NCBI RefSeq assembly: GCF_036323395.1
Contig: NZ_AP028907.1
Coordinates: 270,001 to 302,000, forward strand
From: Pyrodictium abyssi
GTDB taxonomy: Archaea > Thermoproteota > Thermoprotei_A > Sulfolobales > Pyrodictiaceae
Reading direction: 5' to 3'
DNA length: 32,000 bases
Part shown: positions 20,154-27,966 of the stretch, piece by piece
Position numbering within the stretch: the first letter of the stretch is position 1
Layout of the letters: each line of letters begins with the position of its first letter
Made by a program: the position numbers and the translations under genes
The notes under the pieces: model-generated
Told to the model about the DNA's origin: nothing
Databases searched by the model: none
Seen by the model: the letters and a program-made list of their open reading frames with translations, nothing else

Positions 20154-21026
20154 CTAGGCTATAGAGCTGCCAAGCATAGCATTCACTATAAAGCTGGGAA
20201 GATATGAAAGATACGAGTTCTGTATACCCCCCGTTATCCTCGTCGAGAAGTCTACAGCCCTTGCTAGCAGCATCTTTATCGTCGCGTAGGCCTTGTTTAT
20301 CCCGGCGCCGTTTAGCCACCGTAGGAAGAGCTGTAAACTGGGCTCATTCTTCACTTTCTCCTTGTCGCGGCTGTCGCGTAGATCGTCTGCTATCTGGTAC
20401 ATAACACCTATAGTCTCGCCGTACCGGGATGCGACATCTATGAGAGAGTAGCGCCCAGCAGCTATAACACCAAGCTCTGCAGCAAGACGGAAGAGTGCGC
20501 CCGTCTTGAGCTTAATCATCTCAAGGTACGTGTCCGGGCTAAGCTGGTCTGGTACCGTGAACGCGTCTATGACTTCACCCCTGGATATATCCAGCCACGC
20601 CTTAACTGTCCGTCTTAGCGCCTCCTCGCCGTACCGCTCAGCTACTATTCTCTGTGCAAAAGGTATAAGGAGGTTGGACACCATCACGGTCTTCTTTAAC
20701 CCATACTTTACCCATGCTGCTTCAGCTCCTCGTCTCACTAGGTCCTCGTCTATTATGTCATCCAAAGCTAAGCTAGCTGCATGAACAAGTTCGACAGCTA
20801 CAGCAGCGTCAAGGGCATCCTCAATTCGTGCACCTAGGCTCCTAGCTACTTCTAGCACTAGGAATCCTCGAAGCCTCTTGCCACCCATAGCTATATACCT
20901 GGCAGCATCAACTGCATTTGCCTCTGGCAGCTCCATGAGCCACCGCTCAATAGCCGTGTCAATTAGCTGGCGCGCTGCACGCCATTGCTCGAGCAGTTGG
21001 CTAGAGTTGAGCCCTTGCATGCCCAC
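20154..21026 (-). CDS. short-chain trans-polyprenyl (geranylgeranyl) diphosphate synthase
   Basis: GGKRLRG, first Asp-rich motif LALDDIIDED, second Asp-rich motif YQIADDLRD. A TATA-like CTTATAATATCTC lies about 30 nt upstream of the ATG. Confidence 0.9.
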   Translation of the reverse strand: MGMQGLNSSQLLEQWRAARQLIDTAIERWLMELPEANAVDAARYIAMGGKRLRGFLVLEVARSLGARIEDALDAAVAVELVHAASLALDDIIDEDLVRRGAEAAWVKYGLKKTVMVSNLLIPFAQRIVAERYGEEALRRTVKAWLDISRGEVIDAFTVPDQLSPDTYLEMIKLKTGALFRLAAELGVIAAGRYSLIDVASRYGETIGVMYQIADDLRDSRDKEKVKNEPSLQLFLRWLNGAGINKAYATIKMLLARAVDFSTRITGGIQNSYLSYLPSFIVNAMLGSSIA

Positions 21027-21168
21027 TCTACCTTTTATTCATCGCTACTGAGATATTATAAGTTGCAGACTTATAGCCGGATTCTTGCTCATTCCTCCAA
21101 GCGCAACGGCCTCCTCTCACTCTTATACCCTTTCCCTCGGAAAACCTAGGACACGGGTGCACACGGCA

Positions 21169-21918
21169 GTGGCGAGAGCTAGACTATCATATCCTGACGC
21201 TAAATCATTCTACAATATGCTCGACGCCATATCTAAGATAGTTGATGAGGTAACAATGATAATAACTAACGAGGGAGTGAAGGCCATAGCACTTGACCCA
21301 GCACACGTGGCACTGATAACTATAGAGCTGCCGCCAGAGAGCTTTATAGAGTACGAGGTAGAGGGCGAAGAAGTAAAGCTAGGGTTCAACGTAGCCAATA
21401 CAGCTAAGCTTATCAAGCGTGGAAAGAAGGGAGACAAACTAGACATAGAAGTTGACGACGAGAGAGTCACCTGGTCAATAGTAGGCGCAACTATAAAGCG
21501 TTACCGCGTACTAAACCTTGACGTCCCCGTCCCCGAGATACCAGATGCACAGCTAGAATTCAAGATAAAGATAGCAATGATAGTAGACCCGTTTAAGAAC
21601 GCGCTTAAGGATGCTGAGGCTGTAGGCGATACGGTAGAGCTAGAGGCTCTGGACGAGAGCACATTCGTGATAAGGGGTGTAGGAGCTGCAACAGCCGAGG
21701 CTAAGATTAGAAGTGATTCGCCTGCAGTAGTCGAATTCAGTGTAGACGAGCCCGGTAAGTCCGCCTACAGTATAGACTATCTGAAACATGTAGTATCGCT
21801 AACAAAGGTTGCTGACACGATTTCGATAGAGTTCTCTCAGGATATGCCGCTAAGGCTGCAGTTCCAACTACCAGCAGGAGGTAAGGTAACATACCTACTA
21901 GCCCCAAAGGTGGCATAG
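21169..21918 (+). CDS. pcn: DNA polymerase sliding clamp PCNA
   Basis: Start placed at GTG 21169 (MARARLSYPDAKSF...), giving the canonical length of about 249 aa. A TCTTATACC box lies about 45 nt upstream. DAISKIVDEVTMIITNEGVKAIALDPAHVALITIELP and the C-terminal KVTYLLAPKV are PCNA-like. The upstream extension in the track ORF looks non-coding. Confidence 0.9.
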   Translation: MARARLSYPDAKSFYNMLDAISKIVDEVTMIITNEGVKAIALDPAHVALITIELPPESFIEYEVEGEEVKLGFNVANTAKLIKRGKKGDKLDIEVDDERVTWSIVGATIKRYRVLNLDVPVPEIPDAQLEFKIKIAMIVDPFKNALKDAEAVGDTVELEALDESTFVIRGVGAATAEAKIRSDSPAVVEFSVDEPGKSAYSIDYLKHVVSLTKVADTISIEFSQDMPLRLQFQLPAGGKVTYLLAPKVA

Positions 21919-21931
21919 TATAGTTAGCCGC

Positions 21932-21959
21932 AAGTAGTGTAAGTAGTGTAGTACTACAC
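21932..21959. repeat. tandem 9-mer (AAGTAGTGT x2) merging into a perfect 14-nt palindrome GTGTAGTACTACAC
   Basis: Read directly from the sequence, 14-40 nt downstream of the PCNA stop. It could be a hairpin terminator or a dimeric protein-binding site. Confidence 0.6.
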
Positions 21960-21994
21960 AGTGTGCAGTCTCCAGCAGGGCTGGACCTGTGGCC

Positions 21995-22065
21995 TCGGGG
22001 TGATGAGAAACACCGGCTCAGCGTAGCCCATAAGGGATGCAGATGGCCAGGACAGCTGACAGACC
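21995..22065 (+). ncRNA. C/D box sRNA candidate 1 (2'-O-methylation guide, 23S rRNA)
   Basis: C box GTGATGA 22000-22006. A 12-nt guide follows, then a degenerate D' CAGC (22019-22022). C' ATGCAGA is at 22037-22043, followed by the 12-nt guide TGGCCAGGACAG and D box CTGA at 22056-22059. The D guide matches 11/12 contiguous nt of antisense 23S (identical to window 1959-1969). The D' guide matches 8 nt (1930-1937), only 32 nt away. The candidate lies in a convergent intergenic gap. The terminal stem is weak. Confidence 0.6.
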
Positions 22066-22084
22066 CCGTACGCAGCCGCTGTAA

Positions 22085-22972
22085 CTACTTCTTCACCCTC
22101 CTCAGTATAGCCTCGGCTAGCTCCTTCGCGGGGTCAACCCCCGTGGCGGCTTGGAGACCTCTCCATAGAGGCGACGCGTTTACCTCTATTACCACATGTC
22201 CTCCCTCGTACTCTATTATATCCACTCCTGCATATATTAGGCCCAGCACCGAGGTTGCTCGAAGTGCTGTTTCAAGGATCTCGCTAGACGGTGAAGCGGG
22301 TAGCGCCTTGGCACCGCGTGCTATGTTGGTCTTCCAGTAGCCTTGTGGCGCCTTGCGGTAGATAGAAGCTATGACCTTCCCGTCTACAACGAATACGCGG
22401 ATATCCCGGTTATCCTTCTTATCAATATACTCCTGCACGTATATAGGCTGGTTGAGTGTCAGTAGGAGGTTCACGACGTAGTAGGCAGTATCTGTGTCGT
22501 CAACCATGAATGAGCCCAGGCCTAGGCTACCTGTTATAGGCTTGAGCACGGCTTTTCTAAGCCTCTCTACCTCACGGAGAACGTCTGACGGATTCTCAGT
22601 AGCCACGGTACTTGGTACAGGTATGCCGTGTTGATGAAGTATCCTTAGGCTTGTGAACTTGTCTCGTGCCGTGAAGAGTGCGTCCGTAGGATTAATCACT
22701 AGTATGCCTTGAGATTCGGCAGTCTTCAGGAAAGCGTAGCGGTAAAGATACTTTTCGACACTTAGTCCACGCCCTAGACCGCGAACGATTATGGCGTCAA
22801 CGTCGAGGCATTTACCGCGATACCGTAGTGGGCAATCAGAGCCTATACTGGCAGCTGTATAGCTCCATAACATGTATATTGGCTGTGCTCCTAGCTCTGA
22901 TAGCGACTTCAATAGGCGTCTAGATGACCAGGTAGGCTGTGGAGAACTATGCAATACAGCTATTCTCGTCAT
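22085..22972 (-). CDS. RimK-family ATP-grasp alpha-L-glutamate/amino-acid ligase
   Basis: Start at the internal ATG 22972 (MTRIAVLHS). Motifs: VLKPITGSLGLG, IYVQEYIDKKDNRDIRVFVVDGKVIASIYRKAPQGYWKTNIARGAKA, AGVDIIEYEGGHVVIEVNASP. Confidence 0.8.
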   Translation of the reverse strand: MTRIAVLHSSPQPTWSSRRLLKSLSELGAQPIYMLWSYTAASIGSDCPLRYRGKCLDVDAIIVRGLGRGLSVEKYLYRYAFLKTAESQGILVINPTDALFTARDKFTSLRILHQHGIPVPSTVATENPSDVLREVERLRKAVLKPITGSLGLGSFMVDDTDTAYYVVNLLLTLNQPIYVQEYIDKKDNRDIRVFVVDGKVIASIYRKAPQGYWKTNIARGAKALPASPSSEILETALRATSVLGLIYAGVDIIEYEGGHVVIEVNASPLWRGLQAATGVDPAKELAEAILRRVKK

Positions 22973-23021
22973 GACCTGGTAGGCCTCACGCTGCCATATA
23001 TTGTGTGGTGGTATAATTATC

Positions 23022-23984
23022 TCACTTGGTATGAAGCGGTGTAGAGGCTTGCTTTGCTCTGTCAAAGGCATGTTCGACAACAAGCGAACCATATATAGGT
23101 GCTGTTAGCGGGTCGGTATGCACTATGAATTCTACTATGTGACGGTTTCCAGGCATATACATTGATACCTTAAATTTCACCTCTTTTAGTATATCTGCCT
23201 CGATGTCGGTAAGTAAGGCTATTACATTGCTATGGAGTTGCTTTGAAGTGACGTGTACTGGTAAACTAGAGATAGGGTATACTCTGGCTTTGTTAGTATA
23301 GCCTGCTAAGATATAGGCCGGAGGCAGCATGGTGGTTGACGCGTATAGGTCTATTCTCTCCTTCTTTGCTATCATCTCGGCAATAATGGGTATGACGTCA
23401 CTATATCTATCTATAAGGCTTTCATATATGCTAGATATATTAGATAGTTCGTTTGATAGTCTTTCCACTCTAACTCGTATGCTGCTGAACCTCTCTGCTA
23501 GCCTGGCGGCAGACTTTGCAGCAACAAGTACATAGTGGATGGATGGGCGTGGTGATGCAACTTCTACTAGATTCTCTCTACCCACACGCTCGGCTATGAT
23601 GTCGGGTAGAGGCTGTGTTACTACCAGCAACTCCGTACCAGTTATGCGTGCAGCGTCGGCGGTTCGCGCAATGATATTCTCGGATCCAGGCTCTGCAAAG
23701 AGTAGTATTAACGATGGCTCATCATGGTACGCCAGTGTATGGTAGAGGAATGCCTCAACAGGACCTATGTATATAGTTTTCTCTGTTAACTGGCGTAGTA
23801 TCCAGTGAAAGAGATGGGCTGATGCTTGAGCGTAGGAGCTGCCAGCAAAGGCTACATAAATGGTGGTGGGCGAGCTCACCCGCTCAACTATGCGTTCGGC
23901 CTTCCTCGTGCTATCTGCTTCTATACTAGATAGTGTTGTTGGTGTTAGAGCAGTGCTGTCTCGAGGGAGCGGCAGCAACTGCAC
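23022..23984 (-). CDS. double SIS (phosphosugar-binding/isomerase) domain protein
   Basis: [16 protein letters not shown]...[33 protein letters not shown] follows the GlmS-type SIS pattern (GxGxS...S.SGET.D). A second, degenerate half follows. The GTG start overlaps the MTAP 3' end by 40 nt. Confidence 0.55.
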   Translation of the reverse strand: MQLLPLPRDSTALTPTTLSSIEADSTRKAERIVERVSSPTTIYVAFAGSSYAQASAHLFHWILRQLTEKTIYIGPVEAFLYHTLAYHDEPSLILLFAEPGSENIIARTADAARITGTELLVVTQPLPDIIAERVGRENLVEVASPRPSIHYVLVAAKSAARLAERFSSIRVRVERLSNELSNISSIYESLIDRYSDVIPIIAEMIAKKERIDLYASTTMLPPAYILAGYTNKARVYPISSLPVHVTSKQLHSNVIALLTDIEADILKEVKFKVSMYMPGNRHIVEFIVHTDPLTAPIYGSLVVEHAFDRAKQASTPLHTK

Positions 23985-24769
23985 CTCGCCGGGTCGGGGG
24001 CTTCTGGCAGCCTAGGTATAAGCTCATACAGTAGGCGGCGTGCACGCTCAGTATTCTCCTTCATTACCCTCGTGACCTCTTCTGCTGTGACAGGCTTGTC
24101 GGCCCACACGTCGTAGTCGGTCACAAGAGCTATCGTGGCGTAACATATCTGGGCCTCGCACGCCAGGTTTACTTCTGGTACTAGTGTCATGCCTATGATG
24201 TCGGCCTTGAACACGTCCTTCCATATGCGGCTTTCGGCCCTAGTAGAGAACCGGGGTCCCTCAATACAGATGTAGGTGCCGCGCTCGTGTATACGGAAGC
24301 CAAGTTCCTTGCCTACAGTGATTATCTCCTGGCGGAGCTGCTCACAGAACGGGTCTGCCATGCTAACATGAGCTACTACAGGGCCGTCGAAGAACGTGTA
24401 CTCCCTCTTCTTCGTCATGTCTATGAACTGGTCAGGTACAACCATGTCACCGGGACGATAGTCTTCGCGGAGGGAGCCAACAGCAGACACAGAGATTATC
24501 CATTTGACACCAAGGCTCTTTAAGGCCCAGATGTTAGCGCGATAGTTTATCCTATGAGGCGGGATACGATGCCCCCTACCGTGCCTCGGTAGGAAGGCTA
24601 CACGCCTTCCACGGACGGTACCAACTATTATGTAGTCGCTGGGCTCGCCGTATGGTGTGTACACCTTGACCTCTTGGGGGTTCTCAACTATGCCGGGGTC
24701 GTAAAGGCCACTACCGCCTATTATGCCAATCTCGGCTTTGATACCCGGCTGAGGAGGAAACTGCACCAT
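23945..24769 (-). CDS. mtnP: S-methyl-5'-thioadenosine phosphorylase (MTAP)
   Basis: [62 protein letters not shown]. The C-terminus carries a CSCC cysteine cluster. Confidence 0.92.
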   Translation of the reverse strand: MVQFPPQPGIKAEIGIIGGSGLYDPGIVENPQEVKVYTPYGEPSDYIIVGTVRGRRVAFLPRHGRGHRIPPHRINYRANIWALKSLGVKWIISVSAVGSLREDYRPGDMVVPDQFIDMTKKREYTFFDGPVVAHVSMADPFCEQLRQEIITVGKELGFRIHERGTYICIEGPRFSTRAESRIWKDVFKADIIGMTLVPEVNLACEAQICYATIALVTDYDVWADKPVTAEEVTRVMKENTERARRLLYELIPRLPEAPDPARCSCCRSLETALL

Positions 24770-24895
24770 CTATTACACACCGTGTCAAACTAGCCCACGC
24801 TTGTGGAAGAATATAATCCTTAATCGGAGTAAGCGTCTGAGACCCTATAGTGATTCCATATAGCAGTAGCGGCGTGCAAGGCACACCTCGGCGCC

Positions 24896-25867
24896 CTAAT
24901 AGCGGGGCTTAACAGCAACTACACCCTGCGCCTTCTCGTTGTAGCGTATTCTTAGAAATCCTACACCACGTAGCCGCTGGATCACGCCCCTGACAACGGG
25001 TCCATGGCCATGTCCCCGGCTTCGTAGCGGCTCGCCGGTATAGTGGAAGAGCACACCTCCAGGCCTAAGCACGCGATACAGCTCTCTATAGAAATCGCTA
25101 CTATAGAGCTCGCCAGCTATACTAAATCTTGGCGGGTCATGAACTATCCTATCAAACACGCTGTCCGGGAAGAACTCTATAAGCTTACTCGCGTCACCAA
25201 GCATGATCTTTACACGGTTGTCCGCTAGCCTGGCACTCCAGGGATTGAACTCGGCTATTGCGAGCACCTCACGGCTAACCTCAATAGTGTATACTTGCTT
25301 TGCGCCAAACTCCAATGATGTTATAGCAGTATAGCCGAGACCAGTACATATATCTAATACTGTATGGCCGTGTCTTACACGTGCTGCTGCAACCTTGTAT
25401 CTAGCATCACGGAGAGGCCCAATGTCACTCACTCTATGCATATGTATGCCATTTATCATAAGTGTCGGTGCATCTACGCCTCGAGGGAAATGAAGCCTCA
25501 TATAGGCGTTGCTGAGCCTTACCTCTACAGGGTAGAGGGAACCATCTTTAGGCGATAAAACATAGACATGGTCTTCTCTTAGCGAGTTAACTATATCAGC
25601 ATTTATACGGATCAACTTGTCGCCCATCTTGGCTACAATAGTGTCATTAATACAACCTAGCGTTAAGCCGTTCAACTGGACCGGGTCGACAGTTTGATAA
25701 GCTCTACACCTTGCGGCAATGTCGACAATGACATAGCCTGGGACTACATTATGGTGCGGCTTAAACATGTACAGCTCTATGGAAGGTGTATCTTCGTTGA
25801 CAGGATAATCTGTCATGACTGGTAGCCATGCTGCTACACTGCCGGCTAGAGTCAGATATAGCCTCAT
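24896..25867 (-). CDS. class I SAM-dependent methyltransferase (DPPxF type) with an N-terminal domain of about 170 aa of unknown function
   Basis: SAM motif I VLDICTGLGYTA, motif IV IVHDPPRFS, motif LRPGGVLFHYTG. The DPP(R)F motif suggests an exocyclic-amine (N-methyl) RNA/DNA methyltransferase. I cannot assign the substrate. Confidence 0.7.
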   Translation of the reverse strand: MRLYLTLAGSVAAWLPVMTDYPVNEDTPSIELYMFKPHHNVVPGYVIVDIAARCRAYQTVDPVQLNGLTLGCINDTIVAKMGDKLIRINADIVNSLREDHVYVLSPKDGSLYPVEVRLSNAYMRLHFPRGVDAPTLMINGIHMHRVSDIGPLRDARYKVAAARVRHGHTVLDICTGLGYTAITSLEFGAKQVYTIEVSREVLAIAEFNPWSARLADNRVKIMLGDASKLIEFFPDSVFDRIVHDPPRFSIAGELYSSDFYRELYRVLRPGGVLFHYTGEPLRSRGHGHGPVVRGVIQRLRGVGFLRIRYNEKAQGVVAVKPRY

Positions 25868-25895
25868 AAATAAGTGCAGATGCGGTCATAGCCGT

Positions 25896-25975
25896 GGGGG
25901 GTGTGATGTACACGACTCTCTCTGAGTCTACATTCGCGCAGTGTCGATGATGTAGGAGGTTTCGGCTGACCCCCT
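25896..25975 (+). ncRNA. C/D box sRNA candidate 2 (2'-O-methylation guide, 16S rRNA)
   Basis: The 5' GGGGGG (25896-25901) pairs with the 3' CCCCC (25970-25974). C box GTGATGT is at 25903-25909, then the 12-nt guide ACACGACTCTCT and D' CTGA at 25922-25925. After a 21-nt spacer come C' ATGATGT (25947-25953), the 12-nt guide AGGAGGTTTCGG and D box CTGA (25966-25969). The D guide has 10 contiguous nt antisense to 16S (identical to window 5406-5415). The TATA-like ATAAATAAG at 25866-25874 is about 26 nt upstream of the 5' stem. Confidence 0.75.
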
Positions 25976-26278
25976 AGTAACGCCTCTAAGCAAATTGTCT
26001 ATGTACATCTTAGCGGCGATAGCGTGCTTGCAGAGCCTATGGTACGTTGACGCCGGACAGGTGCATCGTAGATAGCCTCTTGCGGGATTGTAGTAAACGG
26101 TGTATACGTCCTTACTTCCTCGTACTGTGGCAACATATGCATCTGGACCAATTATCCTCACGTATACGAGTCTTCCTTGATTTATTATCCGGGCTGCCTC
26201 CAATAGCAGTCTTTTAGAGCCCCTGTAGCGGGCCTTGGAGCTACCTGGTATGGGAGCTACTGTATCCAGACGGTGCAC
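25928..26278 (-). CDS. SWIM zinc-finger domain protein
   Basis: CTCPASTYHRLCKHAIA fits the CxCxnCxH SWIM signature. 116 aa. Its last roughly 16 codons lie antisense to C/D sRNA candidate 2. Confidence 0.65.
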   Translation of the reverse strand: MHRLDTVAPIPGSSKARYRGSKRLLLEAARIINQGRLVYVRIIGPDAYVATVRGSKDVYTVYYNPARGYLRCTCPASTYHRLCKHAIAAKMYIDNLLRGVTRGSAETSYIIDTARM

Positions 26279-26337
26279 CCTCCTCCCCTATGGCTGGGCG
26301 AAAGTGGCAATGAAGCCAATGAGAGTTAGGTGTAACT

Positions 26338-27225
26338 ATGGCCAGAGTTGTGCGGCTGTTGAAGGGGATAGCAGAGCTTACGAGGCCGCATAACCTCCTA
26401 GTAGCAGCAGTTACAACTCTCATAGGCTACGGGCTTGTCTCAAAAGCCTATGGCTACCAGCTGATTGAAGACACATTTGCCCAGGCAGCGCTCATAGTTA
26501 TACTCGTCGCAGCAGCAGGCTATGTAATAAACGACTACTACGACATAGAAACGGATAGAGTCGCAAAACCCTGGAGGCCTCTTGTATCGGGGGCTGTACA
26601 GCCGAATGTTGCAAGAATACTGGCCTATATACTCTTCCTATCAGGGATAATAGCGTCAACAAATCTAGGTCCATGTGTGGTAGTATTTGTTATAGTTAAT
26701 GCCATACTTCTTCACGAGTATTCGCGGTGGGTGAAGAAGACAGGGTTCATAGGAAACATGGTAGTAGCACTGAACTCAGCAGCCACCATAATATTCGGAG
26801 GGCTTGTGAGGAGCGTCGAGCTAGAAGTAAAGGTACCCTATTCAGTGTTACTACCAGCGGTATATGCATTCCTGTTTGTTCTTGGTAGGGAGGTGGTAAA
26901 GGGTATAGAGGACGTTGAGGGTGATAAACGCGTAGGCATATCTACGGTGGCTGTAAAGTGTGGTGTCGTGTGTGCCCGTAGAGTTGCAGCGCTACTGCTA
27001 GGCCTGGTAGTAGCCATAAGCCCCTTGCCAGCAGTAACCGGCTTATACAACTGGCTATACGTAGCGTTTGCTGCTATAGTCGATGTGAGCATAGCGGTCT
27101 CGCTCATAAACCTCTACCGTGCTAGTAGCTATCACGAGCTAATAGTAGAAGCTAGGCGGGCTAGGAGCCTACTCAAGCTAGGCTTCCTTGCAGGTGGAGT
27201 AGCCTTCACGGCGGGCCTCCTCTAG
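26338..27225 (+). CDS. UbiA-family prenyltransferase, digeranylgeranylglyceryl phosphate (DGGGP) synthase-like
   Basis: NDYYDIETDRVAKPWRPLVSG (NDxxDxxxD), a second Asp-rich region KGIEDVEGDKRVG, and about 8 predicted TM helices. Confidence 0.85.
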   Translation: MARVVRLLKGIAELTRPHNLLVAAVTTLIGYGLVSKAYGYQLIEDTFAQAALIVILVAAAGYVINDYYDIETDRVAKPWRPLVSGAVQPNVARILAYILFLSGIIASTNLGPCVVVFVIVNAILLHEYSRWVKKTGFIGNMVVALNSAATIIFGGLVRSVELEVKVPYSVLLPAVYAFLFVLGREVVKGIEDVEGDKRVGISTVAVKCGVVCARRVAALLLGLVVAISPLPAVTGLYNWLYVAFAAIVDVSIAVSLINLYRASSYHELIVEARRARSLLKLGFLAGGVAFTAGLL

Positions 27226-27303
27226 CCAGTCGTAGTACAGTAGCCGTGCTAGAGGGGCTCAGAGAGGTCGATGCTCAGCACGCCTCATTGACGCAGCAGC
27301 TCC

Positions 27304-27966
27304 TCAGACTAGGGTAGCCTCTTCACAGCCCTTCCTCAATAAGTCTAGCATGGATGAGAAAGCTCTGCGTAGCCTATTGAGTTTGCGCTTACCTAGTAGT
27401 AGGTACGAGTTAAGCAGATTAGCAAGTAGGTTATAGTCCAAGTCAACAATGGTTCTACCTTCAAAGACTAGTGGTATGTCTATCCTCTCGGAGCCGATAA
27501 TGAACATGTAGTATGACCTTGAGGTATAATTGTAGCCGGTGTACTTATAGCCAGAGTTAATAGCTATGTCTGCTATCATGTCAGCTAGTCTAAGACTGCA
27601 TGTATGGAGCGCGAGTATTGGTGGCTGAGCAGAAGCCCACACGTACCTATGCCCAGTATTCCTGGCGTTGAGTATAGCCTCCCTAAGCTCAGCCGGGTCT
27701 ACTGGGCGATGCCACTTGTATACTATGCCTCCTTGCCGCTTATCTCCCGGAGATGGTGCAGAGAATACAGCAATCCGTCCGCTACAGGAGCTTGAAGTAG
27801 CTATGCACGGAACCGAGTTGATAGCAGCCAGCATGTCTACAATATCGGAGTCCAGCATATCTTCCTTCATGGCGTGGGTGAAGCTGTTCATAAGTTGTTC
27901 GCGGAGTCTTCTCCACGAGTCTGTACTACAAGTATTCAGCTGTAGAGCCGCACACATACAGAACAC
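27304..27966 (-). CDS. taw3: tRNA wyosine-derivative N-methyltransferase Taw3 (TYW3 family)
   Basis: DSDIVDMLAAINSVPCIATSSSCSGRIAVF contains the TYW3 signature (S/T)SSCSGR. The start (GTG 27966 or ATG 27957) overlaps the upstream ORF by 30-41 nt. Confidence 0.8.
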   Translation of the reverse strand: MFCMCAALQLNTCSTDSWRRLREQLMNSFTHAMKEDMLDSDIVDMLAAINSVPCIATSSSCSGRIAVFSAPSPGDKRQGGIVYKWHRPVDPAELREAILNARNTGHRYVWASAQPPILALHTCSLRLADMIADIAINSGYKYTGYNYTSRSYYMFIIGSERIDIPLVFEGRTIVDLDYNLLANLLNSYLLLGKRKLNRLRRAFSSMLDLLRKGCEEATLV

